Notes under the pieces: generated by a model | The model's database searches: none | What the model was told of the DNA's origin: nothing | The model's input: only the letters and a program-made list of their open reading frames with translations | Source of the DNA: a virus | Strand: one strand, 5' to 3' | IMG/VR virus record: IMGVR_UViG_3300009068_000023 | Length of the DNA: 64,000 bases | Program-made: the position numbers and the translations under genes | In this document: positions 18,069 through 27,491 of the stretch, piece by piece | Layout: each line of letters begins with the position of its first letter | How positions within the stretch are numbered: position 1 is the first letter of the stretch

Positions 18069-19700
18069 TTAAAATCCTACGCTATCCGAAAAAACAGAAG
18101 GTGTTGAAAAGTTTCTAGGTGTTTCAGCAGGCATCACTGTTTTGTTAGTAGTATTATTTACAATAATAGGCGGTGACTGTCTATTATTTTGTTTTTTAGC
18201 AATAACGACCTGCTCTGAATTAATTTGAGTTTGCTGACCGGTGCTTGCCACAGGCTCCATTACAGCTGGAGCAGTACTAGAAGGTTCTGCTGTTTGTTCA
18301 GAAGTCTTATTAGTAGCGCTTGTAGTAGGTGCTGAGGCTTGAGTGCTAGCAGCAGAGGTTTGTTGTCGTGTGTTTGTTTCTGGTTGCTCAGATACTGCTT
18401 TTTTACTAGCAGGAGGTTGAGAAGCAGATACTGGTGGTTTGCTTACTCCTTCTGCAGCATTGTCTTCTTTTTCTTCTTTAGGCTTACCTATAATATCTTT
18501 TGCTTTATTAGCTAGCCAAGATGATATAATTTTCTTTTCTAAAAGAAAATCAATACCTTTAATAAGAACTCTTTTTACAGTGTTAAGATCGAAGAATCCT
18601 AATGTAACAGACTTAATAAAATTATCTGCAAAGAGCTTTCCTACTCTTTCTACACCACTCTCACCTTTCTCAGGATCTGTAGTAAAGTAGTCAACTAAAG
18701 TATTGATACCAGCATCTACTGCCGCACCTAAAAGATACCCTATACCAGTGATTGCAAGGCCAGTCTTGATTGCTCTTACTACTTTAAGAACACTCTTAAG
18801 ACCACCAAACACCATCTGCTTAAACTTAATAGCTAGTGTCTTAAAATTAGTAAGCTCTTTAACCTTATTAAAAGTTTTAGTACTGTAATCTTTAAATAAA
18901 TTAACTTTATTCTTAATTACATTAATATTCTTTTTTAAGACCCTGGTAAGCTCTATCTTTTTGTTATACTTTATATTCTTCTTTTCTAATCTTCTTTTAA
19001 GCTTATCGTTTCTATTTTTTAATTTTTCTTTTTGCTTCTTTAAGTCTTCTTTCTCACCATCTATTTCTGGTACAGCAGATTTTTTAAGATCTGTTTCTGG
19101 AGTAACCGGCTTATTTTGATTGGCTTGAGATAGAATGCCAGTTACCTCAGCCAATCTCTTGATACTCATAAAAGCATCATATACACCCTTAAGTATCTTA
19201 AACCCAAAATATACTTTTAAGATATCAAATAAGTTTTTAGTAATAAACTTAAGAGTTTTTAATACAGGCTCAGGCAATCCTAAATTTTCTATAATACCAT
19301 CAAAAAAACCAGTTACTATTGCTCTAATTTTATCATTAAAAAGCAATGCAAATAGGGCTGTAAATTTAAGTATATCAAACCCTGCTTTCTTTAACTCTGG
19401 TTTAGAGATGTTAGAAGCTTTAGGGCCATCTACTCTTACAGCTGTTGTTTTTGTTGCCTGCTCACGCTTTTTAGAAAGCAAAAACTTATCTAAATCAGCT
19501 ACTACTAACTGAGAGCTATCCACCAGCTCCGAGCTAACTAGTTTTATCTTTTCAGAGGTATCAGTTAATTTATTAAGAGAAGCTATAAATTTCTCTAAAG
19601 GAAATTTTCTAGTAAATCGACCAGTCTTAGTGCTTCTGAACGATGCAGAATTAAGATCTAGCTTCTCGTCTAGATTTGGCTTAAACGGTAAAGATGACAT
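18069..19700 (-). CDS. long helical tail protein (tape-measure-like)
   Basis: Lys-rich amphipathic helices; position downstream of gp26; shares a PII.NNT C-terminal motif with the next gene. Confidence 0.55.
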   Translation of the reverse strand: MSSLPFKPNLDEKLDLNSASFRSTKTGRFTRKFPLEKFIASLNKLTDTSEKIKLVSSELVDSSQLVVADLDKFLLSKKREQATKTTAVRVDGPKASNISKPELKKAGFDILKFTALFALLFNDKIRAIVTGFFDGIIENLGLPEPVLKTLKFITKNLFDILKVYFGFKILKGVYDAFMSIKRLAEVTGILSQANQNKPVTPETDLKKSAVPEIDGEKEDLKKQKEKLKNRNDKLKRRLEKKNIKYNKKIELTRVLKKNINVIKNKVNLFKDYSTKTFNKVKELTNFKTLAIKFKQMVFGGLKSVLKVVRAIKTGLAITGIGYLLGAAVDAGINTLVDYFTTDPEKGESGVERVGKLFADNFIKSVTLGFFDLNTVKRVLIKGIDFLLEKKIISSWLANKAKDIIGKPKEEKEDNAAEGVSKPPVSASQPPASKKAVSEQPETNTRQQTSAASTQASAPTTSATNKTSEQTAEPSSTAPAVMEPVASTGQQTQINSEQVVIAKKQNNRQSPPIIVNNTTNKTVMPAETPRNFSTPSVFSDSVGF

Positions 19701-19877
19701 TTAAGTGTTTAATCTTTTCTTTTCTTTTTCTAAGTAATCTAATAACATATCTACATAAAGATCTCTCTCAAATGGTATCATTTCTTCTATTTCTGCTATC
19801 GACCATTTATGGTGCTGAGTCAAACTAAAATTAAGTACGTAATAATTAGTGATGCTACTATGACTCAGCCCAACGTA
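19701..19877 (-). CDS. conserved small baseplate-hub assembly ORF (gp51-like), probably expressed as a -1 frameshift extension of gp26
   Basis: -1 frame reads YVGLSHSSITNYYVLNFSLTQHHKWSIAEIEEMIPFERDLYVDMLLDYLEKEKKRLNT*; it fills the gap exactly and has no ATG before the conserved part. Confidence 0.75.
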   Translation of the reverse strand, partial: YVGLSHSSITNYYVLNFSLTQHHKWSIAEIEEMIPFERDLYVDMLLDYLEKEKKRLNT

Positions 19878-20575
19878 AAAAAATCATTTAATGAAGTAAG
19901 AGGTATTACCTTTTCCTTGCCTAAGCTATTCGTATATTTTACTTCATAGTAAAGCTTCGGCATAGTAGTAAGGAACTCTTGAATCTTTTCAAATGTCTTT
20001 AGATCTAGATCAGATACAAACTCTAATACTTCTTCGAAGCTATAATCAGAGGTCTTATAGACACCGTTTTCGTCATAGATGCTTTCTACACAGTTTGCTA
20101 TTACATTAAATACAGCTTCTGATTGTTCAGCATCATCCATAGACAGAAGGGAAGTATCGACCGTAGGGTATCTTAGTATCATACCAGTGGTGCTATTAAT
20201 TTCTACTTTGTTAGTATGACCTTCGGTAGTCTTAATTTCTACTTCGTCAAGGTCTACTTGTACCTTGTACTTCTTATTGTCTTCTAAATCGCGATATGTT
20301 AATTCAATAACAGTACCTATTGACTTGCCTCTCAACTTTAAAAAGAAATATTCTAAATCAAAAGAGGCAAAATTATCAATATCCACATTTTCTGTAACAA
20401 TACAGTTATTAATAACTTGCTTAATAGAATTAACAATTTCAGCTGTATCTTTACCAGACTGAGCCATAAGAAGAAGTTTTTCTTCTTTTACTAAGAAAGG
20501 ACGGTATTTAATTACTTTGTTATTTGATGGTAAAGTCAGTTCATAAATTGGTACTGATAACTTAGGTAAAGCCAT
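19865..20575 (-). CDS. gp26: baseplate hub assembly protein gp26
   Basis: MALPKL..P.YELTLPS...KYRPFLVKEEKLLL..D.EYFFLKLRGKSIG. Confidence 0.85.
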   Translation of the reverse strand: MALPKLSVPIYELTLPSNNKVIKYRPFLVKEEKLLLMAQSGKDTAEIVNSIKQVINNCIVTENVDIDNFASFDLEYFFLKLRGKSIGTVIELTYRDLEDNKKYKVQVDLDEVEIKTTEGHTNKVEINSTTGMILRYPTVDTSLLSMDDAEQSEAVFNVIANCVESIYDENGVYKTSDYSFEEVLEFVSDLDLKTFEKIQEFLTTMPKLYYEVKYTNSLGKEKVIPLTSLNDFFTLG

Positions 20576-20584
20576 AATAATCTC

Positions 20585-21508
20585 CTAGAATAAACCTCTA
20601 AGACCGCCTGTAGCTATCTTAGCATTGTTCACGACGTTAATAATATCTGCTACCCCGGTAGGCTTTCTTAATGAAGCAAGCGTCTGAACCGCGGAACCAA
20701 CTTGTATAAGTTTTTGTAGATTGGAAATACTTGCACCTTGATTTTGCAAGGTCGAATTAATATTGATTCTATCTAGAGTCCAGTTAAAGAAGGTAAATGT
20801 AACTGGTATTCTCATAAAGCTATCATTTTCAGCCCAGCTAAGTTGGATATCCCCTAAAAAGATAGGATATGCATCATGTAATCTACAAATAATAATTTCT
20901 TGGTCTACATCATTAATACAAGTTATAAAGACATCAACTGCATAGTCTTCCTTGTATTCTACCTCATATGCACCTAAACCATTATAGCCGGCAACTGTAG
21001 TATTGTTAGGTAAGGTATCATACTTTATAATACCATTCATCCAAGTATAAAAATGGTTATATACTTTGCCAGTATTATCTCCTATAAAGGAAAACGACTG
21101 GTCAGTAAATATAGGGGCATATGGTTTCTTTTCTAAAGGCCCTACTCCATATCTTCTTATTTCAGATGTTGCAAGAGATACTCCAGGTAGTGAAGTTGAC
21201 TCACACAACAAAGATACAGTAGAATCAGTAATGATAGGAGAGTTTCCAGATGACGCGCCTCTCATCATCTTAGGTACAGGTATACTAACATAAAATAGAT
21301 TAGTTCTTGCTACTCCGCCTAATCTATTAATAAGCGACCTAAAAGTCTCTACATTTCTAAGACTGTTATTATTTTGAGGTCTTCCGTTTACAAATGTATT
21401 TAAAGACTGTCTTAGAGATGGGGGTAGAAAATCTTGCAAAGCATTAGCTGTGCCTACAACGTCTCTACCTTTTGAAATAGATTTACCGATTAAATCTGAA
21501 ATAGCCAT
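20585..21508 (-). CDS. tail tube initiator (gp54/gp19-like)
   Basis: GGVARTNLFYV..LLCESTSLPG..AYPIFLGDIQLSW..IPVTFTF tube-fold motifs. Confidence 0.75.
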   Translation of the reverse strand: MAISDLIGKSISKGRDVVGTANALQDFLPPSLRQSLNTFVNGRPQNNNSLRNVETFRSLINRLGGVARTNLFYVSIPVPKMMRGASSGNSPIITDSTVSLLCESTSLPGVSLATSEIRRYGVGPLEKKPYAPIFTDQSFSFIGDNTGKVYNHFYTWMNGIIKYDTLPNNTTVAGYNGLGAYEVEYKEDYAVDVFITCINDVDQEIIICRLHDAYPIFLGDIQLSWAENDSFMRIPVTFTFFNWTLDRININSTLQNQGASISNLQKLIQVGSAVQTLASLRKPTGVADIINVVNNAKIATGGLRGLF

Positions 21509-22107
21509 TACCTGTTTTCTCTTATTGTTTGTTTGCTATCTTTGTATACTGTGTTTACCGAAGCACCAACAAACTTCTGTAAAGGTAAGAAAACCGCAAT
21601 ATCCCACTCGGCTGGTTCAATATATACAAATCTGGTCTTAACTTGTTTATTTAGATAGTGCTTAATACAAGGTTTGAAGTATCTAAACTTTGATGCACTT
21701 GATAGAATTTTGTAAGACATTCTAAGTCTTGTACTTTCATCCATCTTATCATTATTAACTAGTGGATACAAGTTATCTAATAGAACAGCTCTATATTGCA
21801 AAGGAAGATAATGGAAATTAAGACCCAGAAAACCATCCGGCGTCTTCTCAAAAGGAAAGACTAAAGGGTATATGTCATAGTATGGTAATGTGTCTTTAGT
21901 TTTAGGATCATAGCCAAAAAGATAACACCTACCTGGTAAAACTTTAGTTCGATATCGATCTCTAGAGGAATTGATTACTCTTTGAGTATTTTGACTTCTT
22001 GTTCTAGATGCTGCATCTCTTAGCCAATTTCTAGCTGTTTCAGCCTTTTCGTCTACTTTGCCTCTAGTAGCAGCATCTTGCAGTATTTTATTAAAAACGC
22101 CTGTCAT
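21508..22107 (-). CDS. gp2: DNA end protector gp2
   Basis: YDPKTKDTLPYYD.YPL..GLNFHYLP..R..PCIKHYL. Confidence 0.9.
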   Translation of the reverse strand: MTGVFNKILQDAATRGKVDEKAETARNWLRDAASRTRSQNTQRVINSSRDRYRTKVLPGRCYLFGYDPKTKDTLPYYDIYPLVFPFEKTPDGFLGLNFHYLPLQYRAVLLDNLYPLVNNDKMDESTRLRMSYKILSSASKFRYFKPCIKHYLNKQVKTRFVYIEPAEWDIAVFLPLQKFVGASVNTVYKDSKQTIRENR

Positions 22108-22541
22108 TTTATTCCTAGTTCGTCCTCTGTAAGAACTTTAAACTGCCATTTTCTATCTTCACAGTACTCCATTGCTGCTTTCCATTTTGCACTATTAATA
22201 CCGTATGTAACTACTTCTCTCACATACCTTCTGGTAGGCTTTGCTTGTACTTTGGGCTCTATAGACTGCTTTTTAGGTTTTATTTCTACTACCACTGTTT
22301 CCGTAACACCTTGCTTATTCAACTGCTTTACTAAAAAATCAGGATAGTATTTGTGGATTTTACCATCAATAGGAGAACGATAGGGTATACTAAACTCTTC
22401 ACTTGCCCACTGAAGCACGTTCTTGTGCTCATCTAAATATCTCATAAACTTAAGCTCCCATAGGCTTCTATAAATAATATTAGAAGGGTCGCCTAAGTAC
22501 TTATTAGGATTCTTTGGTTTAAAATAACCTTTATAACTCAT
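22104..22541 (-). CDS. gp4: head completion protein gp4 (TnsA-like fold)
   Basis: YKG.FKPKNPNKY.GD..IIYRSLWE..WASEE..YYPDF..EIKP. Confidence 0.9.
   Translation of the reverse strand: MSYKGYFKPKNPNKYLGDPSNIIYRSLWELKFMRYLDEHKNVLQWASEEFSIPYRSPIDGKIHKYYPDFLVKQLNKQGVTETVVVEIKPKKQSIEPKVQAKPTRRYVREVVTYGINSAKWKAAMEYCEDRKWQFKVLTEDELGIK
22469..22476 (+). promoter_or_regulatory. T4-type late promoter for the baseplate operon
   Basis: Exact TATAAATA about 70 nt before the first + strand baseplate gene, embedded in gp4. Confidence 0.5.
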
Positions 22542-22547
22542 CTATTT

Positions 22548-23732
22548 ATGGCCTTCGACTTCAGTAATTTTTCTAATAAAACTTCCATTGCCGATCAATC
22601 TTCAGTTTCTTATAACGGTGATGGCGGCAAGACGACATACTTTGGCCCTTCTAGTACCGGTGCTTCAACTGGGCTTTCTAATGTATTTAATAATTTATCT
22701 TCAAAGTTAGGACTGTCTGGATTCTCCTCTTCAGGATCCGTAAAGGGGGCTTTCGGTAGCTACGGCTCTGGAATAGTACCTCAACTTAAAGATAATCTAG
22801 GCGTGGCTTCTCCTATTAATTCTGACACACCAGAAAATTCTCCTAGCAAAACTAAATCGCCAGGAAGTCTACAATATCCTAAAGATGTAGGTAAATACTT
22901 TATTACCTTTACCTTTAAAGATCGTTTTCAATCATCGCCTATTGCACCTAGAAGATTAGTGCCTAGTGTAACTATAACATTACCTATACCTGCCAATCTT
23001 CAAGAATCATTTAATATGTCGTACTCAGACAAGCAGCTGGGTATGCTAGGGGTACTAGAAGAAGCTGGTTTAATGAATCAAGAGACACTTAATAAGATGT
23101 TTAACGGTTCAGCAAATCAAGCAGGTGCAGCAGCAAAGGATGTAGGCAAGAAGGTAGCTGGCATAGCCACATCTAGTGGTGGTGCAACTGCAGGCTTATA
23201 TGCAGTAAGACAAGCTGCTAGTACCCTAGGTTTAGAAACTGCAGGTGCTGCAATAGATAGAGTTACAGGCACAGTATTAAACCCATATCAAGAATTGCAG
23301 TTCGAAGGCGTGTCATTAAGAGAACATTCGTTTAGTTATACTTTCTCTCCTAATTCAAGAGCAGAAGCTGATTCCCTTAAGAAAATTATTCGAACATTTA
23401 AAGAAAGAATGCACCCAGAATTGAACGGTCTTCTTTTACAATTTCCAGATCAATGCAGCATAAAGCTATCATCTCCCTTTATCGATGAAGATTATTATTT
23501 TGTGCAAGACTGCTATTTAAGAGGCATGACAGTAAATTATGCGCCATCTGGTACTCCAGCATTTACTAAAAACGGTGAGCATCCTGCAGAAATATCAATT
23601 TCATTGCAGTTCGGGGAAATCAAGCCATTGTCAAGAAATACCTTTACGAAACTAGGCAATAGAGGCGCACAAGGTATTATTAAAGCAGGTAATGATTTTA
23701 TTAACAATGTCAATAAGCCGTCTAATAACTAA
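22548..23732 (+). CDS. gp48: baseplate tail-tube cap gp48
   Basis: LQYP..ITLPIP..NPYQELQFEGVSLREHSFSYTFSP..E..II..FK..MHP. Confidence 0.8.
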   Translation: MAFDFSNFSNKTSIADQSSVSYNGDGGKTTYFGPSSTGASTGLSNVFNNLSSKLGLSGFSSSGSVKGAFGSYGSGIVPQLKDNLGVASPINSDTPENSPSKTKSPGSLQYPKDVGKYFITFTFKDRFQSSPIAPRRLVPSVTITLPIPANLQESFNMSYSDKQLGMLGVLEEAGLMNQETLNKMFNGSANQAGAAAKDVGKKVAGIATSSGGATAGLYAVRQAASTLGLETAGAAIDRVTGTVLNPYQELQFEGVSLREHSFSYTFSPNSRAEADSLKKIIRTFKERMHPELNGLLLQFPDQCSIKLSSPFIDEDYYFVQDCYLRGMTVNYAPSGTPAFTKNGEHPAEISISLQFGEIKPLSRNTFTKLGNRGAQGIIKAGNDFINNVNKPSNN

Positions 23733-24604
23733 TGAATAATCTTTTTGAAAAATTTCCAGTTATTAATTATGCCAACAACATAGGCATTAATCTTTTAACA
23801 AAGTTAAAATTTTCTGAGTCTTCTTTTAATAATTCGTCTTTATTTTATCCATATACTATTAAAGATGGCGAGAAGCCCGATCATGTAGCATTAAACTATT
23901 ATGGTGATGCCAGATATGTCTGGGTTGTTTACATGTGTAATAAGACAGTAGATCCATATTATGAATGGCCTCTCGATTCTTCTACCTTCGAACAATACAT
24001 AGTTAAAAAATATGGTAGTGTTGCCAACGCAATTAATAAAACAGCATTTTATAGAGTATCTTATCAAGATGACGATAGAATGCTATCTACATCACAATTC
24101 GAAAATGAAGGTGTATACCCCTCTGCAGTTAAAAAGTACTGGAGACCTGAAGTAAACGAACAAGGCACAACAATGTTCTATGTTCGTAAAGAATTAAATT
24201 GGGTGGTAGAGACTAACAAAGTAATATCGATAGACACTAATAATTCTAATAGCTTCAGTGTAGGCGAGATTATTAAGCAATCAAATACACAAGGTATTTC
24301 AGCTACAGGCAGTGTTAAAAATATTGTAAGTAACACAGTCTTTATAAACCATATAGAAGGTCAATTTTTTAATACCAATAATACTATTAGTGTTATTACT
24401 GGTCAAGAGTCTGGCGCTACTGCAAATGTTCTAAGTATAACATACGTTGCTAATACTATCAGCAACACAGAAGCAGTGTACTGGGAGCCGGCCAGCTTCT
24501 ATACCTATGAAGATGAGTTAAATTCTAGTAGAAAATTTATTAAGCTTATTGATAAAGCTTATATCGACAATATCGAAAAAGAAATATCTGATCTAGTATC
24601 ATGA
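23732..24604 (+). CDS. gp53: baseplate wedge gp53
   Basis: F..FP.INY..YTIKDGEKPD.VA..YYGD..Y.WVV...DPYYEWPL. Confidence 0.85.
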   Translation: MNNLFEKFPVINYANNIGINLLTKLKFSESSFNNSSLFYPYTIKDGEKPDHVALNYYGDARYVWVVYMCNKTVDPYYEWPLDSSTFEQYIVKKYGSVANAINKTAFYRVSYQDDDRMLSTSQFENEGVYPSAVKKYWRPEVNEQGTTMFYVRKELNWVVETNKVISIDTNNSNSFSVGEIIKQSNTQGISATGSVKNIVSNTVFINHIEGQFFNTNNTISVITGQESGATANVLSITYVANTISNTEAVYWEPASFYTYEDELNSSRKFIKLIDKAYIDNIEKEISDLVS

Positions 24605-25854
24605 CTCTTTCATTTAAAGAAAACGGTGATGTAAAGATCTATGATATTAAAATCACCAATAGCAATGGATCAGATACTAAGGATATAAGAGGCCAAGTAA
24701 AGCAAGTATCGATATACGAAGACTTGGAAGAGCCTACTTTATTTTGTGATATTTTAATTGACGATCAAATTGACCTGGTTACTAAGCTTCCTATCCTAGG
24801 GGAAGAAACGATTAGTATATCTTTTAAGTCACCATTTAGAGATGATATAATAACTTATAAACTAAGAGTTTTTAACATAAGCAGTGAAGCAGTAATAGAA
24901 AGCAATCTAGGTAAAGTTTATAAGCTCCAATGTGTATCATCAGATCACTTCAATGGCACCACTAAAAACGTTCAACGATATTATGAAGATACTATTGACA
25001 ATATAGTCAAAGATATTCTTACAAATATTATAAAGACAGATAAGAAGCTTTTTATTGAGCAGACCAAAGGTATTATTAAATGGACTATGCCCAGATGCAA
25101 AGCTTTCGAAGCTATAGATTTATTAAGACAAAGAGCAATCTCCGCTACTGCTAAAACCGGCGGTGTATTTGTGTTCTATGAAGATCAGTTAGGTTATCAT
25201 TTTGTATCGTTGGAGACCCTTTTAGAAAAGGGTAAATCAACTATAGAAAGCAGAGTATTCACTTATTCGCCGGCTACTAAAGAAGACCCTCAAAGAGAAG
25301 CACACAACTTTAGAAACTTAATAAACTTTGAGCATCTTAAAAAGACAGATACTGCAGGTAAGTTATCTGGCGGTGTGTTTAACAATATTACTAAGTCGTA
25401 TGATATACTGACTAAAGGTTTTGAGGAAGTTAAATTCAAGCTTACTGAACAAGCTGGTAAGATAGAAACCGGTCAAAATAAAAAAACAACACTACCAAAT
25501 AGCGCAAGTTTTATAAACGATCAGTCATCCAACGATGCATATAAGTTCTTTGCTCCTAAAGACTCCAGTAAAAATCCAGACTTTATTGCTGACTATCTAA
25601 GCTATAAACAGGCGTACGCAACGCTATTTAATCAGAATATTGTAAGAGGCTACGTGCATGGGGATAGTAATTTAAAAGCAGGGGATTTAATAGAATTAAA
25701 ACTACCCGATACATCAGGTATAAAAACATCAGATAAAAAAGATAGTAACTATTCAGGCAACTATATTCTTACTAAATTAAGACATTTTATCTACCTAGAT
25801 GATGGTAGATTTAAACATAGAGTTTCTTTTGATTGCAATAAGGTGGGTTGGTAA
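24601..25854 (+). CDS. baseplate hub protein (gp27-like)
   Basis: IYED..LPILGEE..FVFYE...GYHFVSL..HGDSNLKAGD.I..YSGNYILTKLRH; position before gp5. Confidence 0.7.
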   Translation: MTLSFKENGDVKIYDIKITNSNGSDTKDIRGQVKQVSIYEDLEEPTLFCDILIDDQIDLVTKLPILGEETISISFKSPFRDDIITYKLRVFNISSEAVIESNLGKVYKLQCVSSDHFNGTTKNVQRYYEDTIDNIVKDILTNIIKTDKKLFIEQTKGIIKWTMPRCKAFEAIDLLRQRAISATAKTGGVFVFYEDQLGYHFVSLETLLEKGKSTIESRVFTYSPATKEDPQREAHNFRNLINFEHLKKTDTAGKLSGGVFNNITKSYDILTKGFEEVKFKLTEQAGKIETGQNKKTTLPNSASFINDQSSNDAYKFFAPKDSSKNPDFIADYLSYKQAYATLFNQNIVRGYVHGDSNLKAGDLIELKLPDTSGIKTSDKKDSNYSGNYILTKLRHFIYLDDGRFKHRVSFDCNKVGW

Positions 25855-26579
25855 TGACAACAGGATTATTAGGAAAAGAAGGTTTTACTTGGTTTATAGG
25901 TGTAGTCGAAGATAGAAACGACCCGCTTAAACTAGGTCGCGTTCGGGTGAGAATTTATAATGTTCACTCTGAAAATACATCACTTATAAAAACTACAGAA
26001 TTGCCATGGGCAAATGTTCTCAATCCTATTAACAGTGCTAGTTTAAAAACTGTAGGTATATCGCCCACAGGTATTTTAGTAGGCACTACTGTAGTAGGAT
26101 TCTTTATGGATGGTAATGACGGCAACAACCCTATAGTTATGGGGACGCTTGCAGGCATTCCAGGTAATAAGCAAGAGAATCACGATGTGCCGAAAGAAGC
26201 AAGAGAAATTAATTCTATTAATAAAGAGCTTACTGGACCAGAGCCAGCTTCTGCTTACGGTGCTAAATATCCCTATAACAAAGTCATAAGAACTGAGAGA
26301 GGGCATGTTATCGAAATAGATGACACCCCGGATAAAGAGCGTATTCATGTTTATCATAAATCAGGCACGTACACAGAAGTTAATAACGTAGGGCGACATG
26401 TATCTAAAGTAGTCGATAATGATTTTGATATTGTAGTCAAGAATCGAGAAGTATGGATTGGCGGTAATGTCAATGTACGAGTAAAGGGGAATGTTAACAT
26501 TTTAGTAGACGGCACATATACCGTTGAATCTAAAGGTAACATGAAATTTAAAGCACCTAGAATAGATCTGAACCCATGA
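25854..26579 (+). CDS. gp5: baseplate spike gp5 (OB fold + short beta-helix, no lysozyme)
   Basis: WFIGVVEDRNDPLKLGRVRVR..LPWA..YPYNKV..TERGHVIEIDDTP..ERIH. Confidence 0.9.
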   Translation: MTTGLLGKEGFTWFIGVVEDRNDPLKLGRVRVRIYNVHSENTSLIKTTELPWANVLNPINSASLKTVGISPTGILVGTTVVGFFMDGNDGNNPIVMGTLAGIPGNKQENHDVPKEAREINSINKELTGPEPASAYGAKYPYNKVIRTERGHVIEIDDTPDKERIHVYHKSGTYTEVNNVGRHVSKVVDNDFDIVVKNREVWIGGNVNVRVKGNVNILVDGTYTVESKGNMKFKAPRIDLNP

Positions 26580-26788
26580 TAAAAGGCAACTTTGTAATAC
26601 TTAACGAGGGCAAGATTTTAAGCTTTCAAGATTATAACGATATTCCTTTAGTATTTGATAATCTTATCAGCTTTGAGCCAGTTACCCCAGAACCACCTCA
26701 TACAGATATAGAGCATGGTCAAATGGAGCAATTTCAAACACTGTTTGAAGATCTTTTAAAAAGAGAAAGATATGCCGGCGGCAACTAG
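26576..26788 (+). CDS. small hypothetical protein between gp5 and PAAR
   Basis: ATGA overlap; DIP..FDNLISFEP..PEPPHT. Confidence 0.7.
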   Translation: MIKGNFVILNEGKILSFQDYNDIPLVFDNLISFEPVTPEPPHTDIEHGQMEQFQTLFEDLLKRERYAGGN

Positions 26789-27065
26789 AATAGGCGATGC
26801 TGACGTTCCTCATTGCTCTGGTATGACTAGAGCTCAAGGGTCACCTGACGTATATGTCAACGGCATTAAGTGGAGCCGCCAAGGCGACAATAATACCGTT
26901 CATAAGAAGCCAGGGGGCAGCTCATGCGGTTCTCATGCTGCACCTATTACTACAGGATCAAAATCAGTATTTGTGAATGGAAAGGGAGCAGGGCGTGTAG
27001 GTGACGCTATTACTAGCTGCACTAAGGTAGCAGCTGGTTCACCTAACGTGTTTGCAGGTGGTTAA
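26772..27065 (+). CDS. PAAR spike-tip protein (gp5.4-like)
   Basis: PAATRIGD..H..GS..V.VNG..RVGD..C repeats. Confidence 0.9.
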   Translation: MPAATRIGDADVPHCSGMTRAQGSPDVYVNGIKWSRQGDNNTVHKKPGGSSCGSHAAPITTGSKSVFVNGKGAGRVGDAITSCTKVAAGSPNVFAGG

Positions 27066-27491
27066 ATGGCAGTAGTTAAGCGTTATACTCTCAAAGAAAC
27101 CCAAAAGCAGAATATTTACTATTCTGACTTGCAAACTAATCTTGCTATTCATCCTAATAAGAAGGATCTTACTAGAACCTTTAATGATGATGCTGTAAAG
27201 AGAAGTATACGAAATATATTGCTTACCAATAGAGGCGAGAAGCTAATGAACCCTCAATTTGGTAGTGACATAAGATCGTTATTATTTGAAAACATGACCC
27301 CTGTTACGGAAAGTTTACTTAAGGATTATGTTGCAAATGCTATTAGTAATTACGAGCCAAGAGCAAATGTTATTGCTATTAATGTTACTGCACTTTATGA
27401 CTACGATGCTTATGCCATAACTGTTGTTTTTAGTGTAATAAATAAAAAGGAACCAATTACACTAGAGCTGCTTATTAACAGGATCCGTTAA
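27066..27491 (+). CDS. gp25: baseplate wedge gp25
   Basis: AVKRSIRNILLTNRGEK...P.FGS.I..LLFE..YEPR. Confidence 0.92.
   Translation: MAVVKRYTLKETQKQNIYYSDLQTNLAIHPNKKDLTRTFNDDAVKRSIRNILLTNRGEKLMNPQFGSDIRSLLFENMTPVTESLLKDYVANAISNYEPRANVIAINVTALYDYDAYAITVVFSVINKKEPITLELLINRIR

Noticed and set aside
22104-22541. TnsA-like transposase or homing endonuclease
   Set aside because: Sequence and position next to gp2 identify it as core head-completion gp4
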